Shown here in pieces: positions 10,568 to 21,855 of a DNA stretch of 64,000 bases. A program made the position numbers and the translations under genes. Source of the DNA: a virus. Lineage: Duplodnaviria > Caudoviricetes. The notes under the pieces were generated by a model that was given only the letters and a program-made list of their open reading frames with translations, did not search any database and had not been told where the DNA came from. Numbering within the stretch: position 1 is the first letter of the stretch; each line of letters starts with the position of its first letter. The stretch lies in IMG/VR virus record IMGVR_UViG_3300021124_000001. One strand, given 5' to 3'.

Positions 10568-12517
10568 ATGGCCATTTCGAATACCAGTATTCTGATTAAG
10601 CGTTCGAGCGTAACGACTAATCCAGGCACCTTAAAAGCAGGTGAAATCGCATACTCATACGTTTCCAACACATTATATTTTGGTACAGTTGCAGGTAACG
10701 GAACAATCAACATTGGTGGTCAATATTACACCAGCACAGTTGATGCCGCAACAAACAATGCAACCGGTGGTACTCTTGTTAAGAGAGATGCGACAGGAAA
10801 CTCATCATTCAATTACATTTTTGCAAATATTGTAGGTACAATTATAGGTAATGCAAACACCGCAAGTTACCTATTAAATCCACAAAACTTCTCTATTTCA
10901 GGTGGTGATATTGCGGCATCAGCAGTTGTGTTTGATGGCCAGCACCCTGTAGCATTAAATGCATCTTTAAATTCTGTTGCAGGTTTATCTGCTGGTACAT
11001 ACGGTTCTACAACAGCAATTCCTGTGATTGGTATTTCTGCTAACGGTCGTGTTACTTCTATTAGCACTTCAGCGATTTCAACATCATTCAGCATTTCGGA
11101 TACCACAAATAGTAACACAATCAATGCTGGATCCACATTTTATTTCCAAAAAGGTGGTGGTGTTACTACTACAGTTTCAGCAAACACAATAACTTTTGGT
11201 ACAGATTCTACAGTTTTACGTTCAAATACATCAAGTGCAGGTCAGCAAACTATTTCCACAGACCTGACAGTTGCTGGTAACTTGATCGTTTCAGGTGCAA
11301 CAACGTTTGTAAATACCGCAGTTGTTCAAACAAACGACTCCTTGATTAAGCTGGCAGCAAACAACATCGTCAATGACATAGTTGATATTGGTTTCTATGG
11401 CCAATCTAACACAGGTGCTTCCATTGCATATCATGGTTTGATTCGTGAAGGTTCTGGTGGCACTTCAGCAGGTAACTTCTATCTGTTCAAGAACTTGGCT
11501 ACAGACCCAACAGCAAACACCGTTAACTATTCCGGACTGTCTAAGGGTTCTCTGATTGCAGATTTGTCACTTGCTACTGGTTATACATTGGCTAACGTGA
11601 CTGGTATGGCAACTGGTGCCAATACATTCTTGGCCACACCATCAAGTGCAAACTTTGCATCGCTGTTGACTGACGAAACTGGTTCAGGTTCTGTTGTATT
11701 TAACAACACACCAACGTTCATTACACCTAACCTTGGTGTTGCAAACGCTACACAGTATAACATTGGTACATTAACCTATTCTGCTTCACAGGCGTTTAGT
11801 AAGTTACAAACTGATGCAAACAGTTTCTCACAAGTTGTTCTACAAAACTCCAACACAGGAACACAAGCATCTGTAGACTTTATTGTTTCTAACGGCATTT
11901 CAACCGACAACCATTGGTATGGTGACTTCGGTATGAATGGACCAAACTTCTCTGGTGTTGGTGCATTCAACGGAGCAAACAACGTTTACTTGTATGCTGA
12001 CGGAACAGACCTTGTACTTGGTACAACCTCTGCAAATGCATTGCATTTTGTTGTCAGTAATGGAACAACCGATGCGTTGAAGATTGACGCTAACGGTTTT
12101 ATTTCTACTAGCCAAGCGTTGACTGTACCTTACGGTGGTACTGGTGGTGCATTCTTCTCTGCTGGTGGTCTACTAATTGGTAACGGCACAGGTGCACTAA
12201 GTTCTCTTGCTAATAGTTCATTCACTGCAACAGGCACTGGTGCATCAAACAGCACAGTAACATCCGTAACTGTAGATGCATACGGTAGAACAACTGCGCT
12301 GACATACTCTGCGATTTCTGGACTGACAGTTGGCCAAGGTGGTACAGGCGTATCGTCATTCACAACAAACGGTATCACATACGGTAACGGTTCAGGTGCA
12401 ATGCAGGTTACGGCCGCCGCAGGTTCATCAGATCAAACATGGTCTAACCAAATTCTAACTGTAACAAACTCTGGTGTTCCAGTTTGGACTTCTGCTCTTG
12501 ACGGAGGCACTTTCTAA
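10568..12517 (+). CDS. Tail fibre protein with Mtd/hyaluronidase-like N-terminal domain
   Basis: N-terminal ILIKRSS..P.TL.AGEIAYS; GTYGSTTAIPV..GRVT fibre repeats; ends LDGGTF. Confidence 0.7.
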   Translation: MAISNTSILIKRSSVTTNPGTLKAGEIAYSYVSNTLYFGTVAGNGTINIGGQYYTSTVDAATNNATGGTLVKRDATGNSSFNYIFANIVGTIIGNANTASYLLNPQNFSISGGDIAASAVVFDGQHPVALNASLNSVAGLSAGTYGSTTAIPVIGISANGRVTSISTSAISTSFSISDTTNSNTINAGSTFYFQKGGGVTTTVSANTITFGTDSTVLRSNTSSAGQQTISTDLTVAGNLIVSGATTFVNTAVVQTNDSLIKLAANNIVNDIVDIGFYGQSNTGASIAYHGLIREGSGGTSAGNFYLFKNLATDPTANTVNYSGLSKGSLIADLSLATGYTLANVTGMATGANTFLATPSSANFASLLTDETGSGSVVFNNTPTFITPNLGVANATQYNIGTLTYSASQAFSKLQTDANSFSQVVLQNSNTGTQASVDFIVSNGISTDNHWYGDFGMNGPNFSGVGAFNGANNVYLYADGTDLVLGTTSANALHFVVSNGTTDALKIDANGFISTSQALTVPYGGTGGAFFSAGGLLIGNGTGALSSLANSSFTATGTGASNSTVTSVTVDAYGRTTALTYSAISGLTVGQGGTGVSSFTTNGITYGNGSGAMQVTAAAGSSDQTWSNQILTVTNSGVPVWTSALDGGTF

Positions 12518-12551
12518 CGTAGACTATATAATTGATTAATAGGAGTTTGAA

Positions 12552-12992
12552 ATGAATAATGAACGTTTTATGAAACATTATGTTGAGGTTGTAAATTCTA
12601 CATTAACTGAAAGTATTCTTCGTAATGTCAATCTACAGGCAAATGCAAATTTTGTGGATGAACTGATTGGTGAATTGAATGCGGAAAACGAAAGTTTAAG
12701 ATCACAAATACAAGAAATAAGTGAAAAATATAATAGCATTTTGAATGAAAAAAATGCAATCGAAACTACAAAACAAAAATTAGATCATTTGGAAACATTC
12801 AGAAATCAACTGATTGAGAGTCAAAAATTGGTTGCCAAAAAAGACCTTGAGATTGAATCGTTAACAAAGAAACTTGAAGAATTGCAATCACCTCCTGTGG
12901 CAAAACGCAAAAAAATTGGTGTGTTAAATAATAAACCTTTAGAGGAAATTACATCAATTGAATCATTAATAAAAGACGGCGGAACATTTTAA
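12552..12992 (+). CDS. Coiled-coil protein
   Basis: AGGAG SD, heptad-rich; ends KDGGTF. Confidence 0.6.
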   Translation: MNNERFMKHYVEVVNSTLTESILRNVNLQANANFVDELIGELNAENESLRSQIQEISEKYNSILNEKNAIETTKQKLDHLETFRNQLIESQKLVAKKDLEIESLTKKLEELQSPPVAKRKKIGVLNNKPLEEITSIESLIKDGGTF

Positions 12993-12995
12993 ACA

Positions 12996-15410
12996 ATGGC
13001 TATTGCAAATACAACAATTCAAGTACGCAAATCCGGAACGACAGGAGTTAAACCGAATTCACTAGCCAATGGTGAGTTGGCGATTAACTTTGCCGACGAT
13101 AAGTTGTATTATGTAAATAGTCAAGGCAACATTTCTTATTTTTATGGCGCAAATAATGGGCCATCTTTTTCAACTGCCAATGCAAACGGCACTCTAGTAA
13201 TAGCAACCACACCAAACGATACGTTAAGTATTTCTGGAGCAAACGGTGTCACCGTAGCGGCTTGTACCACCACAAAATCTGTAACTATTGGTTTTATGGG
13301 TGCTACTGGTGCACAGGGACCTCAAGGATATCAAGGCGTTCAAGGATCCACTGGACCTCAGGGCAGTCAGGGTGTACAGGGTGCAATCGGTGCTCAAGGA
13401 CCTCAGGGTAATCAAGGTGTACAAGGTGATATCGGACCTACAGGACCACAGGGTAATCAAGGTTTAACTGGTGTTCAGGGTTCTCAAGGTATTCAGGGTG
13501 CTACTGGACCTCAGGGCAATCAAGGCGTACAAGGTGCAATTGGTGCACAGGGTCCCCAAGGATATCAAGGCGTTCAAGGATCTACTGGACCTCAGGGCAA
13601 TCAAGGCGTACAAGGTGCAATTGGTGCTCAAGGTGCCACAGGTTCCACTGGACCACAAGGTACTACTGGACCTCAGGGCAATCAAGGTGTACAAGGTGCA
13701 ATTGGTGCACAAGGTGCACAAGGTTTTCAGGGTGTACAAGGCAATACAGGACCACAGGGCAGTCAAGGTTATCAAGGTGTCATTGGTGCACAAGGTGTTC
13801 AAGGTTCTACAGGACCACAAGGTGTTCAAGGTTCCACCGGGCCAACTGGACCACAAGGTTTTCAAGGATTTCAAGGTGTTCAGGGTGCTACTGGACCACA
13901 AGGTAACCAGGGCGTACAGGGTGCTGCCGCCGGTGTTAACCCAAGTAACTACATCACACAAGCAAAATTAGCCAACAATCAAACCATACCAACAGGAACA
14001 GATACTGTTGTTGCTTTTGGCTCAGCAGATTTTGATCCACAAGGTTGGTTAAACACAAGTAATTATAAAATAACACCAAACGTTGCTGGTTATTATGAAA
14101 TTACGTCTAGTGTAGACTTAGGTTCGGTGCCTGGAAATAATCAAACTAATCTTCAACTTCGCAAAAACGATAATAGTATTAGTATTAGTCAACAACCTTC
14201 AGCCAATAATACAGCACCAGTAACTTTACAAGCAACGAGAACAATTTATTTGAATGGTTCTACAGACTACATCACAGCAAGTGTGTGGCAAGGTTCTGGT
14301 GGAAATATAACACTATCAACAGGCATTGGTATTTGGATCACAGTAACATTAATCTCATATGGTATTAATGGTGCTCAAGGTGCTCAAGGTGTTCAAGGTG
14401 CAACTGGACCACAAGGACTAACTGGTGCACAAGGTAGCCAAGGTATTCAAGGTGCCACTGGACCTCAAGGTACAAATGGTACTCAAGGCGCCCAAGGTTC
14501 ACAAGGTAACCAAGGTTTTCAAGGTGTAGTTGGTGCTCAAGGTTTCCAAGGCGTCCAAGGTTCTACAGGACCACAAGGTGTTCAAGGTTCTACTGGGCCA
14601 ACTGGACCACAGGGTCTCACAGGAGCACAGGGTAGCCAGGGTGTACAAGGTGCCGCGGGAAACTATCAACCTGCATATGACCAAGCAAACAGCGCATTTA
14701 CAGAAGCAAATTCAGCTTTCGTGTTGGCCAACAATGCTCTTATTATTGGTTCCAGTGCCGCAACTTTTGCTAATGGTGCCTTCGCTCAAGCGAATTTAGC
14801 ATATGCAACAGCTAATAACGCATTAGCAAATACCGGTTCTATTATAACAGTCAACGGTTCATCACAATTATATGTAACAAACACAACAACATCAACAACT
14901 ACAACCACTGGTGCCTTAGTTGTTTCTGGTGGTGCAGGAATAACAGGTAACGTTAACGTTGGTGGTGTAATTACTGGTGGCGGCGTTAGAGCAACAACAT
15001 CGACAAGTGCTCCTAGTTCACCAACTGTTGGTGATATTTGGTATTATCCAACACTAGATGTGACATATCGTTATACATATGATGGAACAAGTTATTTCTG
15101 GGTTGACATTTCTGGTCCTTTTGCCACATACAGCGGCAACACAATACCAGGTGTGACTCAAATTGTTGCAGGTACTAACGTCACTATATCACCTTCTGGT
15201 GGTACAGGTGTGGTTACGATTAACTCATCAGGCGGTGGTGGCGGTGGCGGCGGTAATAATTCAACGAGTGCAATATTCTCAATACCAAACACTTTAGGGG
15301 CCAATACGACATTATCAACTGGTTATAATGCACTTAGTGTGGGACCAATTACTGTTAATACTGGTATAACTATAACTATACCAAGTGGACAACGATGGGT
15401 CATACTATAA
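12996..15410 (+). CDS. Collagen-like fibre protein with Mtd-like N-terminus and internal C1q/TNF-like domain
   Basis: IQVRKSG...LANGELAIN; two G-X-Q tracts flanking VVAFGSADFDPQGWLNTSNYKITPNVAGYY. Confidence 0.75.
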   Translation: MAIANTTIQVRKSGTTGVKPNSLANGELAINFADDKLYYVNSQGNISYFYGANNGPSFSTANANGTLVIATTPNDTLSISGANGVTVAACTTTKSVTIGFMGATGAQGPQGYQGVQGSTGPQGSQGVQGAIGAQGPQGNQGVQGDIGPTGPQGNQGLTGVQGSQGIQGATGPQGNQGVQGAIGAQGPQGYQGVQGSTGPQGNQGVQGAIGAQGATGSTGPQGTTGPQGNQGVQGAIGAQGAQGFQGVQGNTGPQGSQGYQGVIGAQGVQGSTGPQGVQGSTGPTGPQGFQGFQGVQGATGPQGNQGVQGAAAGVNPSNYITQAKLANNQTIPTGTDTVVAFGSADFDPQGWLNTSNYKITPNVAGYYEITSSVDLGSVPGNNQTNLQLRKNDNSISISQQPSANNTAPVTLQATRTIYLNGSTDYITASVWQGSGGNITLSTGIGIWITVTLISYGINGAQGAQGVQGATGPQGLTGAQGSQGIQGATGPQGTNGTQGAQGSQGNQGFQGVVGAQGFQGVQGSTGPQGVQGSTGPTGPQGLTGAQGSQGVQGAAGNYQPAYDQANSAFTEANSAFVLANNALIIGSSAATFANGAFAQANLAYATANNALANTGSIITVNGSSQLYVTNTTTSTTTTTGALVVSGGAGITGNVNVGGVITGGGVRATTSTSAPSSPTVGDIWYYPTLDVTYRYTYDGTSYFWVDISGPFATYSGNTIPGVTQIVAGTNVTISPSGGTGVVTINSSGGGGGGGGNNSTSAIFSIPNTLGANTTLSTGYNALSVGPITVNTGITITIPSGQRWVIL

Positions 15411-15421
15411 AAGGATAACAA

Positions 15422-16351
15422 ATGGCATATGGAACAATAGCAGCAGACTCAATTACACCAACAACAACATTGTCGGTTACTGGTGGTGTCTCTACTGGAT
15501 CAATTGTATCATCAAATACCTTTGGCTTTAAAAATAGAATTATAAATGGTGCTATGCGTGTTGCCCAAAGAGGTACCAGTGCAACTATTACTGCCGGTAG
15601 TACCATTGCAGCAGGTTATAGTACAGTTGATAGATTTTATGTATACTGTACAGGTGCAAACGTAACAGCCGCACAAGTTGCTGGCACAACACCAATACTA
15701 AACAATTTGCAAATTACTGGTGCTGCAAGTGTAACAGCAATTGGTGTAGGTCAACGTATTGAAGCACAAAATAGTGCAGACTTAGCTGGACAAACTGCTA
15801 CATTATCGGTCAACCTATCAAATAGCTTGTTGACTACAGTAACATGGACAGCATATTATGCTAGTACTACAGATACATTTGGTACATTAGCAAGCCCAAC
15901 ACGTACACAAATAGCTACAGGAAGTTGGACTGTAACTAGTACATTAACAAATTACAATGCACAGATAGCAGTACCAAGTGTAGCAACGACTGGTATTGAA
16001 ATTGTATTAACAGTAGGTGCACAGACTAGTGGAACTTGGGTTATTGGTAACGTACAGTTAGAAGCAGGAGCTGTTGCTACTGGGTTTGATTATAGACCTG
16101 TTACTAACGAGTTACAGTTATGTCAGCGATACTATGAAGTAGGTGGTGGGATTAGTGTTGGCGGTACTGTTTATGCAGTAGTATATTATAAAGTTACAAA
16201 ACGCGCAAGTTCAACTATTGTTTTATCCGGTTATAGTGGGACAATAACGTCTGCTGCCGGTCCAGCTGGTGGTTCAACTGTTAATGATAATTTTGCCGTA
16301 TTACTAAGTGGAACGTCTGGATTTTTGTACACAGCGAGTGCAGAATTATAA
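15422..16351 (+). CDS. Tail fibre / receptor-binding-like protein
   Basis: GFKNRIINGAMRVAQRG...VQLEAG...ELQLCQRYY carbohydrate-binding-like phage fibre motif. Confidence 0.7.
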   Translation: MAYGTIAADSITPTTTLSVTGGVSTGSIVSSNTFGFKNRIINGAMRVAQRGTSATITAGSTIAAGYSTVDRFYVYCTGANVTAAQVAGTTPILNNLQITGAASVTAIGVGQRIEAQNSADLAGQTATLSVNLSNSLLTTVTWTAYYASTTDTFGTLASPTRTQIATGSWTVTSTLTNYNAQIAVPSVATTGIEIVLTVGAQTSGTWVIGNVQLEAGAVATGFDYRPVTNELQLCQRYYEVGGGISVGGTVYAVVYYKVTKRASSTIVLSGYSGTITSAAGPAGGSTVNDNFAVLLSGTSGFLYTASAEL

Positions 16352-16371
16352 AAGGTATACAGGATTAACAA

Positions 16372-17046
16372 ATGTCAAACATAATTAACGCAGACAACGG
16401 TGTAGTCTCAGGTACGCCAGGAATAAAATATACAGCAGATAGTAGTGGTATAATACAATTCCAGAGTAGTGGTAATAACTCATTATTAATTGATTCTAGT
16501 AGATATGTATCTGCTACGGTCAACGGTTTGGGTAAGGGAATGTTTCCAGCAGAACAGTTATATTGTCTCCAAACAGGTTATACAGGAACACAGGCCACTA
16601 CTGCACAAAGTGTTTTTGGTGTTGGTGTTACATTAGTTGGTTCAACTGTTTATCAGTTTGAGTTAAATTTCTTCATGAGTAAATCTGCTGGCACAACGGC
16701 TCATACAATTTCATTGGGTTTTGGTGGAACAGCAACAGTAAATAATATCGCATATGATGGACCAACTCAATACAACACCACAAACCTCACAACAGGTGCT
16801 CCGGCATTCTTTTATAGCAACACAACCTCCGCAACTGTTTTTACATCTTCAATAACTTCAGCTTCAACATATACATTTACTGTTATGAAAGGTATCGTGT
16901 CAATTAACGCAGGCGGAACATTTATCCCGCAATATACATTAAGTGCTGCACCGGGCGGAGCATACACAACAGCAGCAGGTAGCTACTTCAAAATCTCACC
17001 ATTGGGTGCTAGTGGATCAAATACAAGTATAGGAACATGGGCTTAA
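16372..17046 (+). CDS. Fibre tip protein, paralogue 1
   Basis: Shares GIVSINAGGTFIPQY.LSAAPGGAYTT...GTWA with the next ORF. Confidence 0.6.
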   Translation: MSNIINADNGVVSGTPGIKYTADSSGIIQFQSSGNNSLLIDSSRYVSATVNGLGKGMFPAEQLYCLQTGYTGTQATTAQSVFGVGVTLVGSTVYQFELNFFMSKSAGTTAHTISLGFGGTATVNNIAYDGPTQYNTTNLTTGAPAFFYSNTTSATVFTSSITSASTYTFTVMKGIVSINAGGTFIPQYTLSAAPGGAYTTAAGSYFKISPLGASGSNTSIGTWA

Positions 17047-17047
17047 T

Positions 17048-17719
17048 ATGTCAATAATTTTAGATGGTACAGCAGGCATAACTACACCAGCAATAATAGC
17101 ACCTTTGGCATTAACTACTGCCTCGCTGTCATCGCCGGCGGTTGCAGGACAACTGGAGTATAACGGCGGTATACCCTACTTCACTCCTTTGGGAACTCAG
17201 CGTGGTGTTATTCCAGGTATGCAGTATTACATTTTAAATACTGCATACGTAGGTTCAAACTCAACTGGTGCACAAAGTTTATTTGGTGTTGGTGTCACTT
17301 TATCATCGTCAATTGTTTACCAGTTTGAATGTTCTTTATATATGACCAAAACCGCTGGCACAACATCGCACAATATGAGTTTATTGTTTGGTGGAACAGC
17401 AACAGTCAACTCAATACTTTATCAAGGTGTAGAAAACCAAAGCGGTTTGGCTTTAACAGGACCCCAAGGAACTCCTGTATCTTTTATAGCAACCTCAGCG
17501 GCCGCTAGCCAAACAACATCTACAACGGCTAACGCAACAGAATATATACAAATTGATTTTAAAGGAATAGTATCAATTAATGCTGGTGGAACATTTATAC
17601 CACAATATTCGTTGAGTGCGGCGCCCGGTGGTGCATATACAACACAGGTTGGTAGTTACTTCCTAATATACCCAACAGGATCCGCAGGTAGTAATATAAG
17701 CGTAGGAACTTGGGCTTAA
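17048..17719 (+). CDS. Fibre tip protein, paralogue 2
   Basis: C-terminal domain closely similar to 16372-17046. Confidence 0.6.
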   Translation: MSIILDGTAGITTPAIIAPLALTTASLSSPAVAGQLEYNGGIPYFTPLGTQRGVIPGMQYYILNTAYVGSNSTGAQSLFGVGVTLSSSIVYQFECSLYMTKTAGTTSHNMSLLFGGTATVNSILYQGVENQSGLALTGPQGTPVSFIATSAAASQTTSTTANATEYIQIDFKGIVSINAGGTFIPQYSLSAAPGGAYTTQVGSYFLIYPTGSAGSNISVGTWA

Positions 17720-17803
17720 TATGTCAACAATTTTAAACGGAACAAAACGATTAAATATAATTAATCGGACAAAATTTTTTTGATAAATTAAGGTTAAATA
17801 AAA

Positions 17804-18271
17804 ATGGCATTCCCAAGTACACCCACCAACGGACAGACAGCAACGGTAAATGGAATAACATATTCCTATTCATCGAGCCTGAGTGCTTGGACCAGAGTTC
17901 AAGTTAACGCAAGTGCTGTGAGTTTCTCATCTAACACAATAACAGTCAACACAAGTTCATTTTTAATTGGCACAACGTTAGTTACTAGCACAACTACGGC
18001 TAACCAATCATTGTATACATATTCAACTTCACAGTATCGTTCTGGAAAATTTATGTGTCAAATGACAAGCGGAACATCTTATGGTGTAACAGAATTGTTG
18101 TTGATACATGACGGAACAAACTGTTACATGACACAATATGGAGATGTAAACAGTGGAACAGTTTTAGGTGTATTTGATTCTTCAATAACATCCGGAAACG
18201 TATCATTACTTTTTACACCAACTAACGCATCAACGACAGTAAAAGTTTCTGGTAACTTAATTCCCATATAA
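17804..18271 (+). CDS. Virion structural/fibre protein
   Basis: MAFPSTPTNGQ N-terminal motif; YRSGK...TELLLIHDG...YG domain of T4-like structural proteins. Confidence 0.6.
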   Translation: MAFPSTPTNGQTATVNGITYSYSSSLSAWTRVQVNASAVSFSSNTITVNTSSFLIGTTLVTSTTTANQSLYTYSTSQYRSGKFMCQMTSGTSYGVTELLLIHDGTNCYMTQYGDVNSGTVLGVFDSSITSGNVSLLFTPTNASTTVKVSGNLIPI

Positions 18272-18304
18272 ATATTAAATTATAGTAAAAGGGGATAGTG
18301 AACC

Positions 18305-20092
18305 TTGGCTAATCAAATTAACTTTGTAGTTAAGAACGGTCTAACCGTCAACACTACAAGCGTCATCAATTCATCCGGCAACTGGATAGGTCCAAATACT
18401 TTCATTACTGGACCACAGGGCTTTGCTGGTGCTCCAGGTGCACAAGGTCCAGCAGGACCACAAGGTGTGCAGGGTTCTTCTGGTTCTCAAGGTCCTCAGG
18501 GTTTTACTGGAACGACAGGACCAGCAGGCGTACAAGGTGCTCAGGGTGCAACAGGCTTTCAGGGCGTTCAAGGAAGTACAGGTGCAACAGGCGTTCAAGG
18601 TGTCCAAGGTTCTGCTGGTGCACAAGGTCCTGCTGGCGTTCAAGGTTCTCAGGGCAGTGCAGGCGCATCAGGTGTGCAAGGTCCGCAAGGCTCAACTGGA
18701 GCACCAGGAGTTCAAGGCGCTCAAGGTCCTTCTGGTGTTCAAGGCCCTGCTGGAGTTACTGGTCCAGCAGGGTTTCAAGGTAGACAAGGTGCAATAGGCG
18801 GTACTGGACCCCAAGGTGTTCAAGGAGCACAAGGCTCTACTGGACCACAAGGGTTTCAAGGTGTACAAGGCGCAACGGGCAGTACAGGACCATCAGGAAT
18901 TCAAGGACCCCAAGGTCCAACAGGAACGCCAGGTGTTCAAGGTGTTCAAGGCTCTACTGGTCCAGCAGGGTTTCAAGGTAGACAAGGTGCAATAGGTGGT
19001 AACGGACCATCAGGAGTTCAAGGACCACAAGGTGGAACTGGTGCACCTGGTGTTCAAGGCGTTCAAGGCTCTACTGGTCCAACAGGATTTCAAGGTTATC
19101 AAGGATCAACTGGCGGTCCTGGTCCTTCTGGCGTGCAAGGTCCACAAGGCTCCACTGGTGCACCTGGTGTTCAAGGTCCCACAGGTGGTACGGGTCCAGC
19201 AGGATTTCAGGGTAGACAAGGTGCAGTAGGTAGCACAGGTCCTTCAGGATTTCAAGGACCTCAAGGTGGTGGTGGTCCACCAGGTGTACAAGGTCCAACA
19301 GGCAGTACTGGTCCGTCAGGTTTTCAGGGTGTACAAGGTTCAACCGGAAGCACTGGACCAACAGGTCCAACAGGCCCCGGTGGCGGTACAGGTGCTACAG
19401 GTGTACAAGGTCCAACAGGTGGTACCGGACCATCAGGTTTTCAAGGCAGACAAGGTGCAACTGGAAGTCCTGGTCCAACAGGTCCAACAGGAAGTACAGG
19501 ACCAACAGGTCCATCAGGTGCTCAAGGTGGTACAGGACCAACCGGTGGAACTGGACCAACAGGTGCTCAAGGTTCTACAGGAAGTCCTGGTCCATCAGGT
19601 GCACAAGGTCCACAAGGTTCAACTGGACCAACAGGCTTCCCAGGTGCATTTTCAACTACAACAACACCAAACGTATCAGCTTTAGGTATTAACTGTGCAG
19701 TTGGACCAGCAGGAACAATTCAAGCACAAAACGACATTTACGCTTATTACTCAGATAAGCGATTGAAAACCAACATTAAAAATATTGAAGATGCTTTGAA
19801 TAAAATTTTATCTTTAACAGGAATATATTTTACACAAAACAGACATGCAGAAAAATTTGGTTATAATGACTATTCCAGACAAGTTGGTGTGATTGCTCAA
19901 CAGATTCAAACACATATACCAGAAATTGTCGCACCTGCTCCTTTTGATGTAGACAAAGACGGCAAGAGTATATCTGGAGATAACTACCTAACAGTTCGTT
20001 ATGAAAAACTAATACCTGTTCTCGTAGAAGCAATCAAAGAACAACAAAGAGAAATTGCTACATTGATGGAAAAAGTAAATGGCAACAGCTAA
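18305..20092 (+). CDS. Collagen-like fibre chain A with S74 chaperone
   Basis: TTG start; 138 uninterrupted Gly-X-Y triplets (18410-19651); YYSDKRLK...GVIAQQ...[14 protein letters not shown]. Confidence 0.85.
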   Translation: MANQINFVVKNGLTVNTTSVINSSGNWIGPNTFITGPQGFAGAPGAQGPAGPQGVQGSSGSQGPQGFTGTTGPAGVQGAQGATGFQGVQGSTGATGVQGVQGSAGAQGPAGVQGSQGSAGASGVQGPQGSTGAPGVQGAQGPSGVQGPAGVTGPAGFQGRQGAIGGTGPQGVQGAQGSTGPQGFQGVQGATGSTGPSGIQGPQGPTGTPGVQGVQGSTGPAGFQGRQGAIGGNGPSGVQGPQGGTGAPGVQGVQGSTGPTGFQGYQGSTGGPGPSGVQGPQGSTGAPGVQGPTGGTGPAGFQGRQGAVGSTGPSGFQGPQGGGGPPGVQGPTGSTGPSGFQGVQGSTGSTGPTGPTGPGGGTGATGVQGPTGGTGPSGFQGRQGATGSPGPTGPTGSTGPTGPSGAQGGTGPTGGTGPTGAQGSTGSPGPSGAQGPQGSTGPTGFPGAFSTTTTPNVSALGINCAVGPAGTIQAQNDIYAYYSDKRLKTNIKNIEDALNKILSLTGIYFTQNRHAEKFGYNDYSRQVGVIAQQIQTHIPEIVAPAPFDVDKDGKSISGDNYLTVRYEKLIPVLVEAIKEQQREIATLMEKVNGNS

Positions 20093-21854
20093 TAATTTTA
20101 CAATCAAAAATGGATTAACTGTTGGAACAACACCAGTCATTGCAGCCAATGGCGTATGGATTGGATCAACAACAAACATTCTTGGTCCACAAGGACCACA
20201 AGGTCCTTCTGGTACAGCAGGTGCACCGGGTACACAAGGTTTTCCTGGTGCTCCTGGTGGCGCAGGTGCTCAAGGTCCTCAGGGTGTTCCTGGTAACCAA
20301 GGAACTCAAGGAGCTTCAGGCATACAAGGTCCACAAGGAATTCAAGGCAGTACGGGACCACAAGGATTTCAGGGCACTGCTGGTGCACCTGGTGTTTCAG
20401 GTTTTCAGGGCGTACAAGGTTCTACGGGTCCAGCAGGCGCTCAAGGCGGTGCGGCCGGTACAGGTCCAGCAGGTGTACAAGGCACACAAGGTCCGGCAGG
20501 TTCACAAGGTGTTGCTGGTGCTCAAGGTGTTGCTGGCGCTCAAGGCCCTCAAGGTCCACAAGGTGTTCAAGGACCTTCAGGATTTCAAGGTGTACAAGGT
20601 AGCACAACTTCTGGTGCTCAAGGTCCACAAGGCGCTCAAGGACCATCAGGTCCTTCAGGCTTTCAAGGAAGTACTGGTGGTACTGGACCATCAGGTGTTC
20701 AGGGTACACAGGGACCAGCAGGCGCATCCGGTGTACAAGGTCCACAAGGCGCTCAAGGTCCAACTGGACCAAACGGATTTCAGGGCAGTATAGGTGGTTC
20801 TGGACCATCAGGTGTACAGGGCACACAAGGTCCAGCAGGTGCATCTGGTGCACAAGGTCCACAAGGTCCACAAGGACCTACAGGTCCAGCAGGTGCACAG
20901 GGCGGTACTGGTGGTACTGGTCCAGCAGGTGTGCAAGGTACACAAGGTCCTTCAGGTCCAACAGGCGTTCAAGGTCCTCAGGGACCTCAGGGTCCTGGCG
21001 GACCTTCAGGTTTTCAAGGTAGCACTGGCGGTTCAGGACCAACAGGTTTTCAGGGCACACAGGGACCAACAGGACCGTCAGGTGCTCAAGGACCTCAGGG
21101 TGGCGCTGGCTCTACTGGACCATCAGGTGCACAAGGCGGTACTGGACCTACAGGACCGACAGGTTTTCAGGGCACACAGGGACCATCAGGACCTACTGGC
21201 GTACAAGGTCCACAAGGTTCACAAGGACCTACTGGACCATCAGGTGCACAAGGCGGTACTGGTCCAACAGGTCCATCAGGTTATCAAGGTTCTACAGGAC
21301 CCGGTGGTGCTACAGGTCCAACGGGACCACAAGGTCCACAAGGACCTACTGGACCATCAGGTGCACAGGGTGGTACTGGCGGTACTGGACCATCAGGGTT
21401 TCAAGGACCGCAGGGTGCTCTGTCATCATTAGGAACACAAGCGGCGCAAGTAACAGTAAATACAGGAACAACAGGAGCATCAGGCACTCTACTTGCAACA
21501 GGTAACATCACTGCATATTATTCCGACATCAGACTCAAAGACAATATTGAATTTATAAAAAACGCAGGTGAAAAATTATACACACTAAGAGGCATAATTT
21601 ATAAACACAATGAACTTGCAAACAAATATGGTTACACAGATAAAAGAACTTATTCTGGTGTGATTGCACAAGAAGTTCAAAAGATAATTCCAGAAATTGT
21701 TAAACGTGCACCTTTTGATAATGATGGTAAAGATGGAAGTTTAACTGGTGAATACTATCTAACGGTGCAATATGATAAATTGATACCACTTATTATAGAA
21801 ACAATCAAAGAACAACAAAGAGAAATTGAATCTCTTAAAGAGAGAATGAAGTAA
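20079..21854 (+). CDS. Collagen-like fibre chain B with S74 chaperone
   Basis: Gly-X-Y region 20184-21422 (413 aa, one GSTTS interruption); YYSDIRLK. Confidence 0.85.
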   Translation: MATANNFTIKNGLTVGTTPVIAANGVWIGSTTNILGPQGPQGPSGTAGAPGTQGFPGAPGGAGAQGPQGVPGNQGTQGASGIQGPQGIQGSTGPQGFQGTAGAPGVSGFQGVQGSTGPAGAQGGAAGTGPAGVQGTQGPAGSQGVAGAQGVAGAQGPQGPQGVQGPSGFQGVQGSTTSGAQGPQGAQGPSGPSGFQGSTGGTGPSGVQGTQGPAGASGVQGPQGAQGPTGPNGFQGSIGGSGPSGVQGTQGPAGASGAQGPQGPQGPTGPAGAQGGTGGTGPAGVQGTQGPSGPTGVQGPQGPQGPGGPSGFQGSTGGSGPTGFQGTQGPTGPSGAQGPQGGAGSTGPSGAQGGTGPTGPTGFQGTQGPSGPTGVQGPQGSQGPTGPSGAQGGTGPTGPSGYQGSTGPGGATGPTGPQGPQGPTGPSGAQGGTGGTGPSGFQGPQGALSSLGTQAAQVTVNTGTTGASGTLLATGNITAYYSDIRLKDNIEFIKNAGEKLYTLRGIIYKHNELANKYGYTDKRTYSGVIAQEVQKIIPEIVKRAPFDNDGKDGSLTGEYYLTVQYDKLIPLIIETIKEQQREIESLKERMK

Positions 21855-21855
21855 G

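Noticed and set aside
10568-17719. Diversity-generating retroelement (Mtd-like domains, paralogous tips)
   Set aside because: No reverse transcriptase and no TR/VR pair differing only at adenines was seen.
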